From Dickeya dadantii NCPPB 898 (lineage in GTDB: Bacteria > Pseudomonadota > Gammaproteobacteria > Enterobacterales > Enterobacteriaceae): DNA of 32,000 nucleotides. The stretch covers positions 4,733,677 through 4,765,676 of the forward strand of contig NZ_CM001976.1 in the NCBI RefSeq assembly GCF_000406145.1, in the 5' to 3' direction. The stretch's first letter is position 1, and every line of letters starts with the position of its first letter. This document shows positions 1 through 7,648 of the stretch, piece by piece. Under the pieces are notes generated by a model, which worked only from the letters and a program-made list of their open reading frames with translations, ran no database searches and was not told where the DNA came from. Both the position numbers and the translations under genes were made by a program.

Positions 1-779
1 CGACCATTTCGGCTGCCGCGTTAGGCGACAGCAACACCGGTATGCATTTGGCTATCGGCATCCTGACCGCGTACATCGGCCGTCAGAAGACCGGCAAAGG
101 GCAGAAAGTCGCCTGCGCCATGCAGGATGCGGTGCTTAACCTCTGCCGCGTCAAAATGCGCGATCAGCTGCGTCTGGACAAAGTCGGCTATCTGGAAGAG
201 TACCCGCAGTATCCGCATGAAGCGTTCACCGACGTGGTGCCGCGCGGCGGTAATGCCGGCGGCGGCGGCCAGCCAGGTTGGATCCTCAAGTGCAAAGGCT
301 GGGAGACCGACCCCAATGCTTACATCTACTTCACAGTACAGGACCTGGTCTGGACGCCGATTTGCGACGCGATAGAACGCCCGGAATGGCGAGACGATCC
401 CGCCTATACCACCCCGAAGGCGCGTCAACCGCACATCATGGATATTTTCGGCGCCATTGAGAGTTTCATTTTGAGGGCCGGTAAAAGCAAGTTCGACGCG
501 GTGGAGTACTTCGGGAAGTTCGGCATCCCCTGTGCGCCAGTGATGTCGATGAAGGAACTGCTGCACGACGAATCGCTGCGTAAGAGCGGCTCCATCGTCG
601 AAGTGCCGCACAAAGTGCGCGGCAGTTACTGGACCGTCGGCTGCCCGATCAAGTTCTCGGCTCTCAAACCTGAGATCACCGCCTCGCCGCTGCTCGGTGA
701 GCACACCGACGACGTGCTGGCGGAACTGGGCTACTCGAAAGAGCAGATTGCGCTCATTCACACAGCCAAAGCGGTGTAA
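1..779 (+). CDS. frc: formyl-CoA:oxalate CoA-transferase (family III CoA-transferase), C-terminal ~258 aa; 5' end lies outside the window
   Basis: The frame is open from the window edge (frame 3: [19 protein letters not shown]...). It is colinear with my recollection of E. coli YfdW/Frc, including the GDSNTG catalytic-Asp motif, [11 protein letters not shown], and the glycine loop [28 protein letters not shown]. Stop TAA at 777-779. Confidence 0.9.
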   Translation, partial: TISAAALGDSNTGMHLAIGILTAYIGRQKTGKGQKVACAMQDAVLNLCRVKMRDQLRLDKVGYLEEYPQYPHEAFTDVVPRGGNAGGGGQPGWILKCKGWETDPNAYIYFTVQDLVWTPICDAIERPEWRDDPAYTTPKARQPHIMDIFGAIESFILRAGKSKFDAVEYFGKFGIPCAPVMSMKELLHDESLRKSGSIVEVPHKVRGSYWTVGCPIKFSALKPEITASPLLGEHTDDVLAELGYSKEQIALIHTAKAV

Positions 780-781
780 GC

Positions 782-1216
782 ATGATGGCACTCACGCTAC
801 CGCAGTTCCTCACGGTGATAGGTGACGCCGTCATTATTTGCGATGTCGACGGCACCATCACCGCCTGGAACCCCGCAGCCGAACGTCTGTTCGGCTTCAC
901 CCAGAGCGAGGCGTTGGGTGCCTCGCTCAACATCATCATTCCCGAGCGACAACGCCAGCGGCACTGGTCCGGCTACCACCAGACCATGCAAAGCGGCCTG
1001 ACCCGGTACGGAACATCACTACTTCACGTACCGGCCCTGACGCGTGAAGGCGGCACGATTTCCATCGCCTTCACCGTGGCCCTGCTACCCGGAGAGGACG
1101 GCAAGCCGGCGTCAATCATCGCCATCATCCGCGATGAGACCGCGCGCTTCAACGAGGAACGCGCATTGCGCCAACGTCTGGCCGAGGCGGAGCAGCGAGC
1201 AACACCGCCGTCATAA
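782..1216 (+). CDS. stand-alone PAS-domain protein (144 aa, no output domain)
   Basis: ATG lies 2 nt after the frc stop, suggesting translational coupling. The pattern DAVIICDVDGTITAWNPAAERLFGFTQSEALGASLNIIIPE...ISIAFTVALL...IIAIIRDETARF is a typical PAS S-box fold pattern. The C-terminus is a short charged tail only. Confidence 0.75.
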   Translation: MMALTLPQFLTVIGDAVIICDVDGTITAWNPAAERLFGFTQSEALGASLNIIIPERQRQRHWSGYHQTMQSGLTRYGTSLLHVPALTREGGTISIAFTVALLPGEDGKPASIIAIIRDETARFNEERALRQRLAEAEQRATPPS

Positions 1217-1317
1217 CCAGGCGGCTGATGACACGCCCTGACCGTCGCCGCTGACTCTCAGGGCGAACAAACCCGAGGAATGATGAATAGAGGTGAATAG
1301 ATTCGAGGAGAATTTTC

Positions 1318-2565
1318 ATGAGCAAGGCATTAGACGGGATCAGAATTATTGATTTTACCCATGTACAGTCTGGCCCGAGCTGTACCCAGTTGCTCGCCTG
1401 GATGGGCGCAGACGTGATCAAGATCGAACGCGTCGGCGAGGGTGACGCGACACGCAAGCAACTACGCGACATTCCCGGCGTGGACAGTCTGTATTTTACC
1501 ATGCTGAACCACAACAAACGCGCCGTCACACTCAACACCAAGACACCCGAAGGCCTACAGGTGCTGGATAGCCTGATCAAGCGCTGCGACGTGCTGGTGG
1601 AGAACTTTGCTCCCGGCGCGCTCGACCGCATGGGGCTGACCTGGGAGCACATCCACGCCGTCAATCCGCGGATGATCCTCGCGTCGGTCAAAGGCTTTGG
1701 TCCCGGTCGTTACGAAGACTGCAAATCCTACGAAAACGTGGCGCAATGCGCCGGCGGCGCCGCATCGACCACCGGCTTCAACGATGGCCCGCCGATTGTC
1801 ACCGGCGCCCAGATCGGCGATTCAGGTTCGGGTTTGCACCTCGCGCTGGGTATTGTCTCCGCGCTTTTCCAGCGTCACACCTCCGGACGCGGACAAAAGG
1901 TCTCGGTATCAATGCAAGACGCCGTGCTCAATCTATGCCGGGTAAAACTGCGTGACCAGCAACGGCTGGAACGTACCGGCGTATTGGAAGAGTATCCACA
2001 ATACCCGGATGGTCTTTTTGGCGAGGCGGTGCCACGCGCCGGTAATGCTTCTGGCGGGGGACAACCGGGGTCGATCCTCAAATGCAAAGGATGGGAAACC
2101 GATCACAACGCCTATATCTATTTCATCGCTCAGGCGGCGATTTGGCCGGCGATATGCAACCTGATCGGCGAAAATGGCTGGGTCGAGGACGCGTGTTTCA
2201 ACACGCCCGCCGCCCGTCTGCCGAGATTAAAAGCAATCTTCCAGCGTATCGAACAGTGGACGATGACCAAGAGTAAGTTCGAGGCGATGGAAATTCTCAA
2301 CCACTATGACATCCCCTGCGGCCCGGTGCTTTCAATGAAAGAGATCGCCAGAGATGATGCCCTGCGCGCCAGCGGCACTATCGTCGAGGTCGATCACCCG
2401 ACGCGCGGCAGGTACACCACCGTTGGCATGCCGATAAAAATGTCCGATAGCCCGGTCGACATCACCCGCTCCCCTTTGCACGGCGAACACACCGAGGAGG
2501 TTCTGCATGAACTGGGCTATGACAGCAAGGCCGTGGCGGCCCTGCGCGACAAGAACGTGATCTGA
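1318..2565 (+). CDS. frc: formyl-CoA transferase paralogue (family III CoA-transferase, 415 aa, full length)
   Basis: GAGGAG RBS at 1304-1309. The N-terminus [39 protein letters not shown] closely matches E. coli YfdW. GDSGSG (catalytic Asp) and the loop [28 protein letters not shown] are retained. By eye it is about half identical to the upstream partial copy. Confidence 0.9.
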   Translation: MSKALDGIRIIDFTHVQSGPSCTQLLAWMGADVIKIERVGEGDATRKQLRDIPGVDSLYFTMLNHNKRAVTLNTKTPEGLQVLDSLIKRCDVLVENFAPGALDRMGLTWEHIHAVNPRMILASVKGFGPGRYEDCKSYENVAQCAGGAASTTGFNDGPPIVTGAQIGDSGSGLHLALGIVSALFQRHTSGRGQKVSVSMQDAVLNLCRVKLRDQQRLERTGVLEEYPQYPDGLFGEAVPRAGNASGGGQPGSILKCKGWETDHNAYIYFIAQAAIWPAICNLIGENGWVEDACFNTPAARLPRLKAIFQRIEQWTMTKSKFEAMEILNHYDIPCGPVLSMKEIARDDALRASGTIVEVDHPTRGRYTTVGMPIKMSDSPVDITRSPLHGEHTEEVLHELGYDSKAVAALRDKNVI

Positions 2566-2797
2566 TGGCGTGATGCCTCCCGCCGACCAGATCGGGTGAG
2601 GGCCGGTGGCGTCGCATCCCATGCCGTGCAACAACGTACCGGCAAACCCCTGTACCGGGAGCGACATAGCAACCGTGTGCTCTGCCGGTACACCGCCAGT
2701 GTAATGTCACGGTAATTTTCGGCGTCAGCGTTATCACCACCGCTGCCGCCTCGCCAGCCTGAAATAGTCGTACCGCTTTTCTTCCATCCTGCGTATT

Positions 2798-2853
2798 CTC
2801 ATGAAAACAACATCATGCAAACAAGATCATGAAAACAGGATCATGAAAACAAT
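2798..2853. repeat. four head-to-tail 14-bp direct repeats (consensus ATCATGAAAACANN) just upstream of the SerC-like gene
   Basis: Units: ctcatgaaaacaac (2798), atcatgcaaacaag (2812), atcatgaaaacagg (2826), atcatgaaaacaat (2840). The period is exactly 14 bp. The array ends about 10 nt before the RBS AGGAG (2863-2867). Confidence 0.9.
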
Positions 2854-2874
2854 ACGAAACCAGAGGAGAAACGC

Positions 2875-3996
2875 GTGGCGATAACCCTTCCTGAAGCACT
2901 GATTCCGGCCGACCCCCGTTTTGGCTGCGGCCCGTCGCTGATTCAGCTTGATGACCTGACGCACCTGAAAGATAAAGGGCCGCACCTGCTGGGCACCAGC
3001 CACCGCAAAGAACCGGTACGCGCGCTGTGCCGCGAGATTCAACAAGGCCTGCGGGATTACCTGTCGGTGCCGGACGGCTACAGCATCGTGCTGGGCAACG
3101 GCGGCGCCACCGCGCTGTTCGACATGGTCGGCCTCGGGCTGGTCAGAAAGCGCATCGTCCATCACACCTGCGGCGAGTTCTCGGAGAAGTGGTTTAAAGC
3201 CTCGCGCCGGATTCCGTGGATTCAGGCGGACAACGTCACGGTGGAATACGGTCAGGCCAACACCGCCTTTGTGACGGAAGGCGCGGACGTGGTGGCCTGC
3301 ACGCTGAACGAAACCTCCACCGGGGTGATGAATACCCGTTTACCCGAGGTCGGCGAAGATTGCCTGCTGGCGGTAGACGCCACCAGCGGCGCAGGGCAAA
3401 TCGCCTGCGACCTGTCCCGCGTGGATGTGTTCTTCTTCTCGCCGCAAAAGGTGTTCGCCAGTGAAGGCGGATTGTTTGTCGCTATTTTGTCGCCGAAAGC
3501 CAAAGCGCGGATCGCCGAGATCGCCGCCGATCCCAGCCGCTATATCCCGGCGTTCGCCGACTGGCGGCTGGCGCTGAGCAACAGCGAACAGCAGCAGACT
3601 TACAATACTCCGGCGGTGGTGACGCTGTTCCTGTTCGCCGAACAGGTCAAACGCATGAATGCGCTGGGCTTCGCCGAGGTGGAGCGTCAGGCCGCCGCCA
3701 AAGCGGCGCTGCTGTACCAGTGGGCCGCCGACCGGGATTATCTGTCCGCCTATGTGGCCGACCCGGCGTTTCGCTCCACCACCGTCGCCGCCATCGACCT
3801 GGCGGATACGATTTCCGTGGATAAACTGACCCGTTATCTGGACGAACAAGGGCTGGCGCACGGCATCGAAGGTTATCGGGCGCTGGGGCGCAATCAGTTA
3901 CGCATCGCGCTGTTTCACAACATCGCCTTTGACGACCTGAAAACGCTGACCGCGTTGATCGATTTTCTGGTCGCCAGCGGCGAATTCGCCGCCTGA
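2875..3996 (+). CDS. class-V PLP aminotransferase, phosphoserine-aminotransferase (SerC)-like, 373 aa
   Basis: GTG start at 2875, preceded by AGGAG. N-terminal PADPRFGCGPS, GNGGATALFD, and FFFSPQKVFASEGG (SPQK PLP-lysine motif) resemble the ~370-aa SerC type I recall from actinobacteria. No competing ORF. Confidence 0.7.
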   Translation: MAITLPEALIPADPRFGCGPSLIQLDDLTHLKDKGPHLLGTSHRKEPVRALCREIQQGLRDYLSVPDGYSIVLGNGGATALFDMVGLGLVRKRIVHHTCGEFSEKWFKASRRIPWIQADNVTVEYGQANTAFVTEGADVVACTLNETSTGVMNTRLPEVGEDCLLAVDATSGAGQIACDLSRVDVFFFSPQKVFASEGGLFVAILSPKAKARIAEIAADPSRYIPAFADWRLALSNSEQQQTYNTPAVVTLFLFAEQVKRMNALGFAEVERQAAAKAALLYQWAADRDYLSAYVADPAFRSTTVAAIDLADTISVDKLTRYLDEQGLAHGIEGYRALGRNQLRIALFHNIAFDDLKTLTALIDFLVASGEFAA

Positions 3997-3998
3997 GG

Positions 3999-4469
3999 TC
4001 ACACCGTCGCCTTAACCGGCAGCGCGGTTTTGTGAATCAGCCGCCGCAGTGAAAACGAGGACTGCACATCACGCAGTCCTTCGATTTTGATCAGTTTCTT
4101 CTGCAAGAACTTCTCGAAATCCGACAGGCTGGCGGCCACCACCCGTAGCATGAAATCGTGGCTGCCGGACATCAGGTGACACTCCATCACCTCGTCAAAG
4201 GTGGCGATCTGCTGTTCAAACCTGCGGAAGGTGGCTTCCGACTTCGGCTCCAGCGTCAGCGATATGTAGGCGTTCACCGGAAACCCGGCTTTTTCCTGAT
4301 CCAGCAGCGTGACGTAGCGGTCGATCATGCCCGCGTCTTCCAACTGTTTCAGCCGCCGGGTGCAGGGCGTGGCCGACAGGCACACCCGTTCGGCCAGCTC
4401 GGTGGTTTTCAGCCGCGCATCCTGTTGTAGCTCATTCAAAATCTGTGCGTCGATGCGGTCGATCTTCAT
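3999..4469 (-). CDS. Lrp/AsnC family transcriptional regulator (156 aa)
   Basis: N-terminal HTH region IDAQILNELQQDARLKTTELAERVCLSATPCTRRLKQLEDAGMI, followed by an RAM/ASNC-type C-terminal domain (VNAYISL...EVMECHLMSGSHDFMLRV). Convergent with the SerC-like gene; the two stops are 2 nt apart. Confidence 0.9.
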   Translation of the reverse strand: MKIDRIDAQILNELQQDARLKTTELAERVCLSATPCTRRLKQLEDAGMIDRYVTLLDQEKAGFPVNAYISLTLEPKSEATFRRFEQQIATFDEVMECHLMSGSHDFMLRVVAASLSDFEKFLQKKLIKIEGLRDVQSSFSLRRLIHKTALPVKATV

Positions 4470-4668
4470 GAGTGAAAACCTCTATTTATGCCATTTCCAT
4501 GAGTGATAATCCCTAATCTAATCGATAAACGGCTTTTCTTTTAGTTAAAACTCACTCCGTGATCAATGTTAATTTGAGCGTCATCAGTGAATGTTCAGTC
4601 ATGAAATTCGAAGATATATGCATTTCTTATGGCTAAACGAATGAAATCGAATTGATGAGGTCACCCCC

Positions 4669-5316
4669 ATGCTAAAAGAGTCTGTCGCGCTAGCCAAGGC
4701 AGCGGAAACCGGCCGGAAACCGGGGCTGGCTCACACCCTGAAAGACGACGTATACGGCCTGATGCTGGGGGTGATGTTTATTGCGATCGGCCTGAATTTG
4801 CTCAAACTCTCAGGCATGATCACCGGCGGGATTGCCGGCATCGCTTTACTGCTCTCCTACTTTATTCCGCTGTCGATCGGCGTGCTGTTTATCCTCGCCA
4901 ATATCCCATTCATGATTTTCTGCTACTTCAGCATGGGGCGCGCCTTTACGCTGAAAACGCTGATCGTCAATATCGCCCTGAGCGCCGCCACCCAGGCGGT
5001 GCCCGGTCTGCTGACCATCAACTATATCCACCCACTGTTTTCCGCGCTGGTGGGCGGCACCTTTCTCGGCATGGGCATTCTCTCGCTGGCGCGCCACAAT
5101 GCGTCGGTCGGCGGCACCGGCGTCGTCACCCTGTGGCTCTACAAACGCTTCAATATCAATGCCGGCAAAAGCCAGATGCTGCTGGATATGCTGGTGTTCG
5201 CCGTGTCCATATTCACCATGCCCGCTCACCTGCTGCTGTGGTCGGCGCTCAGCGCGCTGGCGATGAACGCCATGCTGATGAACTGGCATAAGCCGGGGCG
5301 GTATCAAGGCGGGTAA
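4669..5316 (+). CDS. YitT/DUF161-like polytopic inner-membrane protein (215 aa)
   Basis: At least five hydrophobic segments with GG-rich motifs (MITGGIAGIALLL, VGGTGVVTL) typical of the YitT family as I recall it. Divergent from the Lrp-family regulator. Its last 52 nt are duplicated at 9870-9921. Confidence 0.55.
   Translation: MLKESVALAKAAETGRKPGLAHTLKDDVYGLMLGVMFIAIGLNLLKLSGMITGGIAGIALLLSYFIPLSIGVLFILANIPFMIFCYFSMGRAFTLKTLIVNIALSAATQAVPGLLTINYIHPLFSALVGGTFLGMGILSLARHNASVGGTGVVTLWLYKRFNINAGKSQMLLDMLVFAVSIFTMPAHLLLWSALSALAMNAMLMNWHKPGRYQGG
5265..5316 (+). repeat. left copy of the 52-bp direct repeat (functional 3' end plus stop of the YitT-like gene)
   Basis: gaacgccatgctgatgaactggcataaGccggggcggtatcaAggcgggtaa matches 9870-9921 at a 4605-bp offset, 50/52 identical. 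Confidence 0.95.
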
Positions 5317-5361
5317 GATGGCGGTGTAATGGTAGCCATCAGGCGAACGGCTATTCCGCTA

Positions 5362-6570
5362 TTACTGAGTTGCATTCAGTAATGCCACAAACTGCTGCCA
5401 TAGCGCGTCAGCACTACGCTCGTACCCTTGCTGGGTAAGATGAATCAAGTCAGGACGTGCAATTCCCTGTTGTTGCCAGCGTTCAATAGCGCAGTCTCCC
5501 CCCATGTAATCAAACCAGTTCCAAAACAGCGTGTGATAGGATTGGGCAACCTCTCGCTGGGCCTGAATAACCGGTTTTAGCAAAGCCGGCTGGAGCTGCT
5601 GGCAAGATGCGCCATTTTTATTGCTGATGCTGCTACCGGGGCCAACCAGCAGAATGACCGCTTCCGGCAACACACGCCTGATAGCCTGTACATATTCGCT
5701 ATAATTTTGCTGATAACGTTGGATATCAAGTTGTTGGTCAAAGGCTTCGTTCGTGCCGTACGCCATGATGACCATATCCGGCTTCAGCATTTGTAACGTG
5801 GATAACCAGTTATCGCGCCATTTATCCAGCATGGAAACCCGGGCGCCGTTGATACCAAGCGCACTCAACATGACGCCACCGCTGTTACTGGACGACAGTA
5901 GCCACCCGGCCAGTTGGCTCCCTCCCGAAGGCGCCAGCGAATACCTGACAGGCGACTGGACAGTCACCGGCTGGCTCAATGTCCAGCGGGACTGACTGCA
6001 TGGCAGAACAACCGTCCGATGCTGGATCTGTATCTTCCCGTTCGCCTGATTACGATACAGCGCTTGCATTAAAAAGGCCGGGTCAGTGTCACGCACAATC
6101 AGCTCTGCGTTATTATTGTCCTGACGTGGCGTGGCGATATTACCGCCCAATGTAAATCCAGCATTCGTGGTTTTTCGACTGGTTATCATGTCCCAGCCTT
6201 TAGCATTGGCGAACAAGACGTTATCAGACCGGTTGCCAGATATTGCCAAAGGACTAATAAAACCGACGCCGCCGTCTCCATACTGCTGTTTAAAATGACG
6301 ACGCAGCTGCCCGGAAAAAAAATCCGACGCGGTATGCGAATCACCCAATTGCAGGATGTGAATCTTTTCTCTATCGCTATGACTTAATTTATATTTGAGT
6401 TGCTGCAACCCTGGATCGCCATAATCGATTAACTGAATCGCATTTCCCCCGGCCACAGGAAACGTAGTGGCTTGAGGAAAACTGTTATTTCCCCGGCCAC
6501 AGGATGTAAGCTGAATCAGACAGAGCGTCATCATCAAACACCTGTTTTTACCCATCATTTTATCTGGCAT
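5362..6570 (-). CDS. SGNH/GDSL hydrolase lipoprotein, Ape1-like O-acetylpeptidoglycan esterase candidate (402 aa)
   Basis: Signal peptide with lipobox LTSC (Cys24). SGNH blocks: GDSH (Ser78), SALGINGA (about Gly239-242), GTNE (Asn274), DLIH (Asp374/His377). A ~150-aa insertion lies between blocks I and II. The spacing closely parallels my recollection of N. meningitidis Ape1 (S80, G236, N268, D366, H369). Its start lies 1 nt after the upstream stop. Confidence 0.65.
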   Translation of the reverse strand: MPDKMMGKNRCLMMTLCLIQLTSCGRGNNSFPQATTFPVAGGNAIQLIDYGDPGLQQLKYKLSHSDREKIHILQLGDSHTASDFFSGQLRRHFKQQYGDGGVGFISPLAISGNRSDNVLFANAKGWDMITSRKTTNAGFTLGGNIATPRQDNNNAELIVRDTDPAFLMQALYRNQANGKIQIQHRTVVLPCSQSRWTLSQPVTVQSPVRYSLAPSGGSQLAGWLLSSSNSGGVMLSALGINGARVSMLDKWRDNWLSTLQMLKPDMVIMAYGTNEAFDQQLDIQRYQQNYSEYVQAIRRVLPEAVILLVGPGSSISNKNGASCQQLQPALLKPVIQAQREVAQSYHTLFWNWFDYMGGDCAIERWQQQGIARPDLIHLTQQGYERSADALWQQFVALLNATQ

Positions 6571-6571
6571 T

Positions 6572-7648
6572 CTAATGAGTTACCTCATTCAATGAGGGCC
6601 TCACGCTTATTTTCGAAAAAATACGTTCGGCAATCATTTTTTGTCCCGTTAGCGAGAAATGAACACCGTCATTAGTGCGGATACGCACTTTCGCCTTATC
6701 CTGTTCCATATCAGGAGAATAGATACTGCTCTGATAGCCAAAAATCTCATTCACCCGAATAGATATTTCATTTTCAGCTTTTACTTCAGACTCAAACAAA
6801 CCATTAATATAATTAACCCCATGATTTAGCTTCTTATTCTCCACATTCGGGGGAGAAACCCATATGACTGGAATCCGTTTTTCACGCGCTAAATTCAGGA
6901 TAGAGCGAATACGGTCACGATACGCGCTCTCCCATGCCGGCGACTCAAACTTCAGGAAATTCTTACCATTGCCAGACGGCATATCCCAGGGATCGTTTGA
7001 TCCTAAAAACACCACCAGCGCTCCAATATCCTGCCGTTTTTCCAACTCATGGCTCAATATTAACGGCCAGTTGAAAAAATGGGGGTACGTCAGGCCAGTG
7101 CTACGTTTACTTAAATCAATCCCCTCCACACTATAGCGATCGCGTAACATTTTAATGACGTGAGGTGCCACCCCTTCCATCATAGAATCACCGATAAAAA
7201 GGACCGCCTGCCCGGCTTTTAATACCACATGGTTGTCCCCAATATTGGTACTGGCAGCACGAGTGGCTGAATTGCCGTCAACATGAGTGTCCGGCTCTTT
7301 GACAGTGGGTGGCAACAACTTTTCCCGGGGAGCGACTGGCCTCGCAGCTTGCCGTGGTGCAACAGGCGCGTCATCAGGTATCGACTGCCGTGCGTTACCT
7401 CCAGGAGCCGATGTCAGGCTCTCTACAAATGAATCTTTGGCTGCCTGTGAGGCTTCCATCAGACGATCACCGAATACCCATGACGGACTGGTGATGCCAT
7501 CCCACGGACTTTTAGTATGAAAATGTAGCTCCCAATAACTATTGATTGATTGCTGATACAACCATATCAACCCAATCATACAACTCAGTATCACAAGCAG
7601 GCTCTTAAAGACCTGAGCCAATATGGTGCGGTATTCAGAAGTTTGCAT
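6572..7648 (-). CDS. membrane-anchored SGNH/GDSL protein, PatB-like O-acetyltransferase candidate (358 aa)
   Basis: N-terminal TM anchor (LLVILSCMIGLIWL) and a Pro/Ala-rich linker with an internal duplication (APVAPRQ / ARPVAPRE). SGNH blocks: FIGDSM (Ser155), TGL, GSND, DGVH (Asp327/His330). The Ser-to-His distance of 175 aa compares with about 172 in gonococcal PatB as I recall. Overlaps the MBOAT gene by 14 nt. Confidence 0.6.
   Translation of the reverse strand: MQTSEYRTILAQVFKSLLVILSCMIGLIWLYQQSINSYWELHFHTKSPWDGITSPSWVFGDRLMEASQAAKDSFVESLTSAPGGNARQSIPDDAPVAPRQAARPVAPREKLLPPTVKEPDTHVDGNSATRAASTNIGDNHVVLKAGQAVLFIGDSMMEGVAPHVIKMLRDRYSVEGIDLSKRSTGLTYPHFFNWPLILSHELEKRQDIGALVVFLGSNDPWDMPSGNGKNFLKFESPAWESAYRDRIRSILNLAREKRIPVIWVSPPNVENKKLNHGVNYINGLFESEVKAENEISIRVNEIFGYQSSIYSPDMEQDKAKVRIRTNDGVHFSLTGQKMIAERIFSKISVRPSLNEVTH

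Noticed and set aside
2798-2853. CRISPR-like reading of the 14-bp array, and of the 16-bp array at 15269-15316
   Set aside because: The units are contiguous with no spacers and far shorter than CRISPR repeats. No cas genes are present.
5317-5345. Possible inverted copy of the GntR gene 3' end (gtaatggtagcc at 5326-5337 versus gctagccattac at 9939-9950) at the left island junction
   Set aside because: The match is only about 11 nt with an indel, well within chance for this length. It was not used as evidence for the insertion model.
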